A stretch of 64,000 nt of DNA, taken from Lobosporangium transversale (Eukaryota). Positions 1 through 11,402 of this stretch are shown here, piece after piece. The position numbers and the translations under genes were made by a program. The notes below the pieces were generated by a model. It had not been told where the DNA came from and did not search any database. It saw nothing but the letters and a program-made list of their open reading frames with translations. The stretch's first letter is position 1. Each line of letters begins with the position of its first letter. The DNA is taken from positions 372,001-436,000 of the forward strand of contig NW_019029011.1 in the NCBI RefSeq assembly GCF_002105155.1, given 5' to 3'.

Positions 1-2822
1 AAGAAAGAAAAGAAAGAAAAAAAAAAAAAAAAAAAAAGAGAAGAGGGGAAAAGGCAATGAAAGGATGTTGGTGAAGTGTAATGCTTGCGATGCAATGCAA
101 GGATCTCAAACAAACAAAAAAAGGGGGGAGGAACTGTATAAACAGGAATATTCCTCGTGTCACTTTTTCTTGGTTGAAATAGGAAAGGAGGTAAAGGAGA
201 AGATAAAGAATAGAATGAATGCGAGTATCAATGTGGGTGAGAATGTTAGTGGGATGAGGAACTGAACAAAGAGAGAAAAGAGAAGAAAAAGAAGAAAAAG
301 ACCTCGCTTTTATCAAAAGACGTTGAGAGAAGCGTTCAGATGCTCAGATCTTTAGTATAGACCTATTGAAATGCGTGAATGTCGCCCACACTGTTCTACA
401 ATGCAGACTGCATCCAAACAATAACCCCCCACACGCCTCAATAACAACGATGGATAACGATGATGACAACAATGATGATGATGAGAAATGCCTCTGTTTC
501 CACTCTAAAAAATAAAGCGCTAGGATACTATTAACTCCCTGCTTCTCCTACACCACTTTAATCGTCCTCCTTCCTTTAGACTGATTGCCAATGAAGAGCC
601 CTTCTCCTATTGTTCTTTTGTCCTGCTTGGTGCTAACGGTTAGACCAATGACGTCCAATGAAAGGTTTTTTTTAAAATATGCAATGGTTCAACTTTTTTT
701 ATGCCATGCTGCTGCTTCGTCCTTTTTGTCTGACGCCAGTCAACAAGTGTGTAGAAAAAAAAGTGCCCGAAGGAAATAAAGAGACCATGTGCTATTTTTT
801 CTTTTTTCTTTTTTTTTCTTTTTTTTTTTTTTTTTTTTAGACACTTGAAGTCACGCGGCATTCCAGAACAACGATTGACATTGTTTCTGATGTATACGTG
901 AACGGGAAAAAGAAAAAATGCCAGTTGCTTTATTTATTATTATATTCGCAATTCATTGGACATGTCTATGATAGTCATGGCTACGGACCTGCTCGTCTAT
1001 CCTAGCCGATGGATGTTCCTGATGAACGATAAATTACTTCTCTTTCATTTAATCACCTTCCAGAACCGGAGGCAGATGCCAATGAAATGTCTGGACATCA
1101 AGACTGAATGAGAACAACCTTATAGTAGCCAAGGGCCCTTTATGGCTCCGATATTTATGCTCAAGCTGCTGCTGCTGTAGTGAGAGCATTGATGGCATTG
1201 AGGGCAGCTAGAAGATTCAGTATCATACATGATGTTTGCATAATAAGCTGAATCATTACTGGTGGTGGATAAATTGGTTGAGACATGAATAGGGCGCCAC
1301 ACTGGTGAGGAAGAAGGTTTGATTTGTTGTTGGCTAAGAAGTATGGGTGTGGCACTAGCATAGTTTTGACTCTCAAGCTCGTCATTATTCGGTTTGTGTA
1401 GCAACGAAGACAAAAGAAGTACCTCCTGTATCCATACAGCCTGTCGACGCTTATTGAATATGCCACAATAAATTGCGCGACTATGCACACTTTCCTGCTA
1501 TGAAGCGCATGCCATGACCACTTGCACCACCTAGTTTACTCGAAGCAACATTTTACACAACCCCTCTCTCCTCCATTTTCCTTTCCCAATCTCTCCTTCT
1601 TTCCTATTCCATTATGGCTGCTTCTAGCAGTAGGTCTTGGAGGAAGGGTTGATAACATTCCCGAACCGTTGGGATTCAGGGCTTTTCCATCATTCATAAC
1701 TCTCGATGTATTTTTGCGTACATTATTACCGTTACCTGCATTCAATCCCGGACTAGAATTCGGTCCAGAACTAGAGGATCTTGAGAAGCCGAAACTCAGG
1801 CCCCAACTTGCGCTGACTCCAGAGATATTACCCTGATTGGTCTTCCAAACAAAACAGCATTTACAAATCTTTGACTAGAACTTCATTTTCAAAGATATCC
1901 AGAGCAGATTTTAGAGGGAATCTATTGGAGTAGCAATAGGCCGAGGCTCTTCTATTGGACTTGCATTCTTTAAATGGCAAAGCTGAAGCTTTACAAAAAT
2001 TTCCTTCATATAAAGTGAAGACATGATACAGGACATGCATTATGTAAGTTAAAGAAACCAAGCTGGAATGAAGACTTACCCTCTGGAGTTATCATCCGCG
2101 TGCAGATCAATCAGTTGAGGACCATCTTGAGACATAGTTTATGCAAAACACTCGCTTTTGCATTGACATGCTGCGAAAGAGAGAGGCGTACTTGTTGTCT
2201 GTGAGTGGATTACTGGTGATTAATGTGCTCACTTTTTTATTTTGAATTCCCCTGTCAATGGGAAGCAGAGTGCCCGGAAAGCCAGCAATAATGACACTCT
2301 TTTTTCCAACGAAATGATATGGATCTATAAAAAAGAAAAAGGGACGCGTCTGGTGGCGTAGAGGAATAGATTGAGAATGTGTGATGTGGCGAAGCAGCAG
2401 CTGTAGATGACAAACATGCTCATGTCGTGGATCTCTTGCACGTACATGAACACATTGACTTGTATTGCAACATGTGTACTTAATATTGTTGTGCCCAGGG
2501 GCACACACAAAACAAAAAAAAAAATGGGCGAGTGTTGTTTAGTGAAGACCTCCATGCGTATTGATTCCTTTCCATCCTAAGACTTGTATATATTTCATTG
2601 CTCTTTAGTCTTCAGCATCATTACGCTTATCTCTTTATTCATTCCTTCTATTTTCGCTCGCACAATTACCATCTGTCTTATCTTATACCATACCAATATT
2701 TTCTTTTCTTGTCTCTCAGTCTCATCTCTGTTCATCCGAAGAGCAACACACCATCACGGTTCACTTTTTGTTTTAGTTTTCAACGGCTTGCAGCTCAGAC
2801 AAAGTGAATAGCAAAAAGAGAA

Positions 2823-4518
2823 ATGTCTTCACAGAACCCTTTCGAGCAATCCGAGTATAATCAAACTAATCCATTTGAGGATTCAAATCAGATCCAGGCT
2901 GATGTTCCTCTGACGGAACACTCTGGAAAATCAGAGATTGGTCAGGACTACACATCCTATACTCAGTATGGAGACAGTCAGTCCTCGATTTACCAGACCA
3001 CCCCCTCTTCCATTCCCGCTGAAGACCCCAAGCTTGCAGCGAAGGCTGCAGAGCTCCGTCGTCGTGAGGAGGAATTAGCTGCCAGAGAACGTGAGATGCA
3101 GGCTGCCCAAGTAGAGGCTGAACGTGTCCGGACCCAGGGCAAGAACAACTTTCCAAAATTCTATCCCCTCATTTACATGTATGCCTCGCTCCATTGTTTG
3201 CTTATTTGATTTTGGATATGTCATACATTACATTGTGCTGCTCTCATTTTCATCAAACTACTACATTGCGCCATACATTGCTTTCAAACTCGCGACCCTT
3301 ATTTTTTCTAACACTTGGACTACCCGTATCATTCTTTGCTCATTGAACTATAGGTCAATCCCGGCAGAGATTCCAAAGGCACATCAATCGACAGTCAAGT
3401 TCATATACAACCTGTGGCTGGCACTCCTTGCGACTCTGGGTCTCAACTTCCTTGCCTGTATGCTGATGCTCTTTGCTGGTATTCCAAATGGTGCTGCTGA
3501 CATGGGGGTTTCTCTCGGGTACTGCTTCACTATCACTGCAGCCTCATTTTTGCTATGGTATCGACCTGTATACAATGCATTTATGAAGGAGATGTCGATG
3601 TATTATTGTAAGCGAGCTTTTTTTTTTTTTTTTTGCTTATTTTCTTTTCAAAAATATGTAATATAAGCCTTTCTCTAACCTTGTCTTGTCTTGTCTTGTT
3701 GCTAGACTTTTACTTTATTTTCAATGGCTTCCATATCCTTTTCGCTTTCTACATGGCTCTTGGATTCCCATCAACGTATGTATAATGAAACACTAATGCA
3801 ATTGTAGACAGGAGCGACAGATACAGAGTGTGCAGTACATTTAGCATGGAAGCGTGGCATGATGTGTACAAACAGGAGTTGCAGGCAAGGAACACTGGAT
3901 CTAGATCAGGTCAAAAGTCAAACTCCTCATATGACTCTTGTAAACACTATTTCAATCATTGAATTTCAGTCTACTATTCGACAGCCATTTGAATGGATTA
4001 CTATCCATATGGACGATGCTACTATCGGCTTTCAACCGGGAAATGGTCATCAAAGACCATGGGCTTGAAGACAGGCAATTGACTAGAACATTGCTGACAT
4101 ATGCTGTATTCCCTGACTTCCAAACTTTGTATTGCTAGTGGATCTGCTGGTCTGATAAACATGATTCAGGTGTTCAATGGCCACCATATTTTCGCTGGAA
4201 TTCTCTGCGTATTTTCAACCATACTCTGGTTTGTTCAAGGTGGCGGCTGCCTTTTCTTTTACCGGTATGAAGCAATACAAAAAAAAATGTTAGCCTTTAT
4301 ACTCTATTTATTGCTTGAGTGTTCTTTGATACTCCACTAAAATAGTCCTTCCATCTTGAATTTTTCTGCCTCTATGATGATACAGCAAGGTTCACATGCA
4401 TTATAACCAGCAGGGACATACTTTTGATCAGGCCAAGGCCCAGGTTACATCCTCTGCCGTGCGTAATCAGGCAGTTCAGAATGCTGCCTGGAGTGCTGCA
4501 ACTGGTAATAGGGTCTGA
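2823..4518 (+). CDS. SCAMP: SCAMP-family secretory carrier membrane protein (5 exons)
   Basis: N-terminal NPF motifs (QNPFE, TNPFE), coiled coil ELRRREEELAARERE, NNFP, hydrophobic TM segments and the FLLWYRPVYNAF E-peptide. Four GT-AG introns give a continuous frame ending TGA at 4516-4518. Confidence 0.93.
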
Positions 4519-4582
4519 GCTGACCTTGCTGCTTCTGACCCCTATTCATACTCTCGTACATTTATAGAATTATTTTTTAAGC

Positions 4583-4621
<39 letters not shown>

Positions 4622-4652
4622 TAAACCATTGGTTATTGTGAAGTGGATAGGA

Positions 4653-4787
4653 CCAGATCCGTGTGCACATGCCACCCGCAGCAGTAGAAACTTTGTGAGC
4701 CAGATCCATGTGCACACGCCACCCGCAGCAATAGAAACTTCGTTGTGAACCAGATCCATTCGCGCACGCCACCCGCAGCAGTAGAAA
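4653..4787. repeat. Three imperfect direct repeats of 47-50 bp upstream of GNL1
   Basis: Units start at 4653, 4700 and 4750. Each reads CCAGATCC...GCAC-A/C..GCCACCCGCAGCA(G/A)TAGAAA. Confidence 0.9.
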
Positions 4788-4907
4788 AGTAAAAAGAAAG
4801 AGGTCACGCTACTCCGTTGAAAAGGCGTTTCTCCCAAGACTCAATTCAGCTCATTTATTCGTCACTTTCCATTTCGCAAAGCGCATTCGATTAATTAGTA
4901 GCCAATC

Positions 4908-7900
4908 ATGCCACGTCCAAAAGCATTCAGTGGTGCTCTAAAGAAGAAGCAGCTCCAAGAGAGACGCGCTCGACACAATAAGAAAGTAGAGGGAAAGCAG
5001 AACGAAGAGCATACGAACAATATCAATAACAATGCGACAGTTGATTCATATAACGGGCGTTTTGTCAAGAGTCTCTCCAATGAACCTAAACAAGGTTCGC
5101 ATGGAAGTGGACGGCCAGTGAAAGAGAACTCCAATCATCCTGCAGAAACGAGGTAATCAAATGAAGGAATATCGTCAACGACTATCCGAGAATCATAGTA
5201 TGTGCATGTGTACCCTTGGTATTCGAACTAAATGTCCATTTCTCTATATTCCCAAGACTCCGGTCGGTGTTTATCAAGCGCTCTCAAGCAGAAATTGAAG
5301 AATCAAGAAGAGCCAGTATGCAGCCACTCCACTTTCTGCCTGAAGTAAAGCCTCCCACCATAGATCTCCACTTGTTGCAATCCTCGGTTGCCCCGGCTGC
5401 CTGAAGCTGATACTTTTTTTTTTTTTGCTTTTCTCTTCTTTTGCACAAAGTCAAAGTTAGAGGTCTCATTTGAGGAAATGTTCCCAGAAATCATTGGGTT
5501 CCCCAAGCGCCCTAAATGGGATTATTCGATGAGTCCTCAGCAACTCGAACAAAACGAAACTAGGATGTTTGAAGCATGGATGGATTCTGTCTATAACCAA
5601 TACCCAGCAGAAGAATTGAGCTACTTTGAACACAATCTTGAAGTCTGGCGCCAGCTGTACGCAACTCTTTATCTTTTTTTTCTTAATTAAACTGGAGATA
5701 ATTTTTAATGATTGAGGAAAACCATTCTATACTAATGCTTTCCTTAAACTGATTTCTCAAGGTGGCGAGTACTCGAGATTTCGGACATTATCATGATCAT
5801 TGTCGACATTCGGCACCCAGTTATCCACTTCCCTCCATCACTCTATCAGTATGTAGTCGAGGACATGAAACGCAAGCTCGTGGTGGTATTCAACAAGGTG
5901 ATTCCTGAAGGTTTTTTCTGAAAACTTTTCCAGAAGCAAATTTTGTACTGCAATGATGTCATTAAGCATTTTTTTTTTTTTTGTTTTTTTTTTTCCTTTA
6001 AAGATTGATTTGGTGGCGCCAAGTACAGTGTTTGCGTGGAAACAATACTTTAAAGAGAAATTCCCAGAGCTTCATATTGCATCCTTCAGTTGTTATTCCC
6101 CTGATCCTACGTTCATCAACGATTCCAGTACTGGTTAGCAAAAATTGCGGATGAAATTGTTTTGCCATCTACTATCCTCCCATGGTATTACGGTCAAATT
6201 AACTTTTTCTTTTCTTCATTTATTCTAGCCGCAATTCAGAGAGCAGTGAAGAGACCGAGGCGTAGATTCTACAACGCTGTCGGTGTCAGAGACGTGTTGA
6301 TGGCATGCAAAGATGTAGAACTTGCAAAAAATGGTGATCAGGTGGATTGGGATCTCCTCGTCGCTCAATATGATGCTGACAAGAGGGGCCATGGACCCCA
6401 GGATAGCGATGAAGAGGATGATCGCGAAAGTGATGGAGCTAGCGACAATACTCCCGAACAAGATGGAGAAGATGGAAATCAGGAACAAGAAAGTTTACTC
6501 AAGAAAAGTGATGCAGGATTATGTATGTCCATGAACGATCTAATTCGTAAGCATGTCTTGGATGGTAGAATACTCTCTGCTTACACCATATTCTCTTCGT
6601 CATTTTAACATATTATAGCTGTATCACTACAGACTGTGGACATTAATGAGGATGAGCATGTCCCTCACAAAGATTATGTGACGATTGGCTTAGTTGGTAA
6701 TTAAAGTATTATCGCGATGTCACATTTTCAGAGAAGGCCTTGCTTTATAAATTGAAGCTCAAACTTAACACCACCATATAAATCCTTTCTAGGACATCCA
6801 AATGTTGGCAAGAGCTCCTTGATCAACAGTATCATGGGTCGTACAGTGGTCAGTACTAGCAAGACACCAGGACATACAAAGCATTTTCAAACTATCCATC
6901 TGACTCACAACGTCAGATTATGCGACTCGCCAGGGCTTGTTTTCCCGAGTTTACTACCCAAAGCGCTTCAAGTACGTGAGGCTGGTAGAATCTGTGGGCA
7001 AGGATAAGCTGAGATTCTGAAAATTTACAAAGTTACGGGTCCACTCATTTTTTTTTTTTTTTTTTTTTTTTTGTTGTTGTTGTTGTTTTGCTGGAAAACA
7101 GATCTTGTCTGGAATGTACCCTGTTGCACAAGTGCAGGAGCCTTACTCTGTGGTACAATATCTAGCAGAGCGTGTGAACATTCCTCGTCTGCTCAAATTG
7201 GATCCGCCGCCAAATTATGAACGCGGACCTTTCCGATGGTCATCATTTGGTGTCTGTGAAGGTAAGAAAAAAAATCAATTGAAATGAATTAACGGCGTAA
7301 AGATAGGCTCGAAAAACATGGTTGACTTACTATTATCGTTATTGCTATCACTATTGTTTTTCTTACGTTAAGCATATGCACTTCAACGTGGTTTCTTGAC
7401 TGCTAAATCAGCCCATCCTGATGTTTATCGAGCAGGTTAGTTGTGATTAAATCATTTAAAGAAAGTTGGCATTTGGATGGTAAGAAATCCTTCGACTTTT
7501 CCTAACTGTTGCTGCCTATTTTTTTTTTTCTCCTGGTCATAAGCCAATGCTATTCTCCGATTGGCCAATGATGGTCGGATTCTTCTATCTTTCAAACCAC
7601 CAGGCTTTTTTACTAGCACCAAGTATGAAAAATTAAAAGTTACTGAGGCGGATGATGCCTTTTCGGCGACTGCCTCCGGGAGCGATGATAGGCAAAATGA
7701 GCGAAGAAAACCTAGCGCAACAATAAAGGATGATGAAAACGAGGAAGACCTTCCGGTTGAAGAAGAGGTTACGGGAAAAGAGTCTAATGAAAAGGGTTCA
7801 TTCAAGATGAATGCGCGTATTGGCGGATTTTTCGGTTTATTACAAGAAGATGAAGACGAAAACGACGGGGACGAGGATGACGACGAAGATGACGACGAAG

Positions 7901-7932
7901 ATGCTGAAGATGATGCGCATGACGAACACTAA
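4908..7932 (+). CDS. GNL1: GNL1-like circularly permuted GTPase (YlqF/YawG family), multi-exon
   Basis: N-terminus MPRPKAFSGALKKKQLQ, YFEHNLEVWRQLWRV, G4 NKID placed before G1 GHPNVGKSS, G2 TPGHTKHFQT, G3 DSPG, and an acidic tail. Splice junctions keep frame. Confidence 0.92.
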
Positions 7933-8270
7933 TATTCATGGAGAACTAAAGTGCTTTAACATCATCCCTTCCGCCTTAATTCTTTATCATCAACAAGCCT
8001 GCGACAATAAAACGCTCTTGCCCAATGGTTTTTTTTTTAAACTTGTGAATTTGTTTATTAAAAAATAATGATGAAGTAAGATCGAGAGAAAGACACGCTC
8101 ATGGAAGGGAATGTGGATGTATTTTTTCTAGGTGCGCAAAATAAGTGGTATATGAGGCGAACGAGTGTATAAGAATATGCTAATGGTGCCATTGCTGTCG
8201 CTATTGCTGCTACTGTTATTGGAGCTGTAGTGTTGTGCTGAGTTATCACTGAGATTTGTATATATTTCTA

Positions 8271-9555
8271 TTATTGACGAATGAGAGGGGATCGCTCGCC
8301 ATTGTTGTAGGTAGGGATCTCATCATCACGCCAGACGGGAGAGCGCCAGAGGATGATATGGTTGACAAGACGCCTAATCAAAGCACCGAGCAAGCAGCCA
8401 AAACTGATGAAGCTGACAAGATAGATAATAGGAACGCTAGGACCTTGTTCGAAACTGATGCTCAAAATCATCCTAAAAAAAAAAAAAAAAAGTAAGCACG
8501 CGGGGATATTGTGTGTTTGTTTGTGTTTTCGAGTGTGGACGTGTGATTTGATGCGATTAGCACAAAAAAAAAATCCTTTCAGGTACATGTTGTGAGACGT
8601 TTTGTGGATTACTCATGGTCTTTGACATCCATAAGAAAACATGATCGTCGATAATAATAATAACAACGATAAGGAGCGGGAAGATATATATGTTCCTAGC
8701 TAGCTACTATCGTTTTTAATAGTAGGTAGTATGGCCGCACAAAGCAAAAAAAAAAAAAAAAAAAAAAAAAAGACAGGCGATAGAAGAAATAATAAAGAAA
8801 CTTGGCTATACGCCTTGCAGTTTTCCATTGCGACGTGGGTAATTTAAACTTACAGAGCAATAGAAATGGCAGCCCATGAATCGGGGTCCTTGGAAAACTC
8901 GGCATGGTAGTTACCGATAGCCAACATGACAAAGATAGCGGCGGCAGCACCAAGGGCAGTCCAGGAAGTAGGGCCCCCTTCCTTATCTGTAAAGGCTGTA
9001 AAGAAGTTTTGAAGAACATCGAACCAGACCAATCCTGTATAGATCGAGAATGAAATATGGACGAACGCATAGTCGGCAATGTTGGTAGCTGTGAAGTCAC
9101 GCATCTTGATGTACAGTCTCCAGATAAGGATCGCATTGATGACAAGTAAGACCTCACTAACCACCAACCAGTCGAATTTCTGATAAGGAAGAAGGGAAAA
9201 AGTTACCATTGCTGTTTCATCACCTGCAATTTTTTTTAAAAAAATTCAATTCGCTTTTATGACTTACCCAGCTGAAAACCCAGAAGATTACGACCAAGTT
9301 GCTGGCAAACAAGTGCCAGTCAATAGCCTCGACAACGACGTCATGTGCAAAATCAAACCATTGAACAATCACGAATCCTCCAAGAAGAGCCCAGACGGTA
9401 GCTGGGACGATAAAGCCCAGTTCATTGTTGGCGAGATAATTGGGACGTGAAGCGTAAATATCTTGAAGGAACTCTCGATAGAACACACCGGTTGCCACGA
9501 CAAGAAGATAGGTGACCAGGTTGAGGGTCTTGAGCAAGGTTGGATGGAGCGCCAT
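8271..9555 (-). CDS. Uncharacterised multi-pass membrane protein (3 exons)
   Basis: ATG at 9555 (MALHPTLLKTLNLVTYLLVV). Exons ~9555-9268, 9180-8854 and 8472-8271 are joined by GTAAGT..AG introns in frame. About 7 hydrophobic segments; C-terminus ERSPLIRQ. Confidence 0.75.
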
Positions 9556-10079
9556 AACTTTTATAAATATTTTGTCCTTTGGTTCAAGCGTTGGAGTGGC
9601 AGTGGTGAGAGAGAATAAGGAATGAGGGAGTGGAGAAAAAAAGGAAAGAAGGAAAGAAGAGTGGAGAAGACAAAAAAAAAAACAAAAGCTGGCTGAAGTC
9701 AATTATCATTCAAGAATGGATATCCTTCCCGTTCTGGGAGAGGATACCCGATGGGAGCACAAAAAAAACTTTTTTTTTTTTTTTTTTACAATTGTCAAGC
9801 CATTGTTCCATCTTCTTTGCTGGGTCTAAAAGCTGCAGAAGGAGTACATACGCGTGTGCACATGCATTGATAGCGGTCGAGCGTGAATGTTTTTGTTATG
9901 CGTGTGTATTTACTTTGTTTGTGCGTCTTGGATAAGTCATGATCCTCTTTCTGTCTAAACACAGTGTCTACACAGGCCCCTTTATTAGCTTCATTAGGAG
10001 AGGGTCAAGAGGACTGCTTCTTTTCTACACATTCAGACACCACCATTACTATCATTACACCAACAAAAGCAGTAATAGC

Positions 10080-11247
10080 ATGGCCGTCATTGAGGAGATC
10101 ATAGAAGAGCCAACTACAATAAACTCTGGCCTTGAGGAGACTCATGGTTCTAACACAACATCACAACTAAAGGCAACTGAAGTAGCATCGCAAGGCAAGG
10201 ACAAGGATGGTAATGGCAATCATGTAGACAATTCGGAAACCATCGAACCAATTCATACAATGGAATCTTCAGAAGACAAAGTATGTGAATTGTCTTTCAT
10301 CATTTGCCTTTAATCTATTTCTTTGGCCTTGCTTTTGTAGTCAAATACTAATCGATTTTTTTTTTTTTTTTTTTTTTTTTTTATCGACAGGAGCTCTTTG
10401 AAGAAGCGACTCGGCATAAGGTCGCAGGGAATCAACATTTTGGACAGGGCAGCTACACAGAGGCATTGAAATGCTATCAACTTGCTTTGTCAACTTGTCC
10501 TGCAGAAGCAACCCCATCAACGGCTGCTAACGCTGATAAGGATATTGCAGATCAGGATAAAATGGACAAAGTATTCAATGCAATAACTAAAAAATACAGG
10601 TCTGAGCGAGCTGTTTACCATGCCAACATGGCTGCCTGTTTTATCAAGCTTAAAGACTATGACGCAGCCATTGAGGACTGTGCAACCGCTCTGGAACTGG
10701 ATCCATCCTATATGCGTGCGCTCCAACGCAAAGCTCAGGCGGAAGAATTAAAAGGGACTTTGTCGAGCATGAACCAGGCCAAGCAAGATCATGAAATGGT
10801 GATCGAGACATTAAAGATCGAGCTTGGATTAATTGAACCCAGATACGAAGTTAACGATAGCCTGGAGCAAGGCGGTATTGACAAGGGGCAGGACACCATC
10901 GCAACTAAGTCATCAGAGCGGTCATCATCGTCGTCATCGTCGTCATCAACTTCACGAGATGCGAAGACCTCAATACGACCTAACACACCTGAACCAAATC
11001 TCCCGACTTTTAAGCCAAAGAAGCTTGATCTTGATGAGGTAGCTAAAAAGAAACATCGTTTGATGATTCAGACTAGCGAGCAGGCATTGAAGCGTATGGA
11101 ACCGGTTTTGAAGGAATTATTAGAGAAAGAAAAAGCTGAGATGATTGGTAAGTCCTGCTCTTGTGCAAATGTGAAAGAAAAAGAAAAGAAAAAAAAACAA
11201 AAAAAAACAGCAATTGATTCATCTCTTATTATGTTTTCTTTCCCCGT

Positions 11248-11283
<36 letters not shown>

Positions 11284-11402
11284 AGCTAAAGTCAATGGGC
11301 AATTCAATTCTTGGGAGGTTTGGGTTGTCGACAGACAATTTCCAGATGAAGCAGGATCCTTCGACGGGAGGATACTCGTTTAATTTCGTCAACAAGCCAT
11401 AA
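10080..11402 (+). CDS. TTC1: Tetratricopeptide repeat protein 1-like (3 exons)
   Basis: TPR motifs (KVAGNQHF..., [37 protein letters not shown]) and the characteristic TTC1 C-terminus [36 protein letters not shown]. Confidence 0.88.

Noticed and set aside
640..861. Poly-Lys/poly-Phe ORFs throughout the ORF track
   Set aside because: They are by-products of poly-A/T tracts in introns and intergenic DNA.
4653..4787. CRISPR-like array
   Set aside because: The sequence between the conserved blocks is homologous rather than unique, there are only three units, the context is eukaryotic and no cas genes are present.
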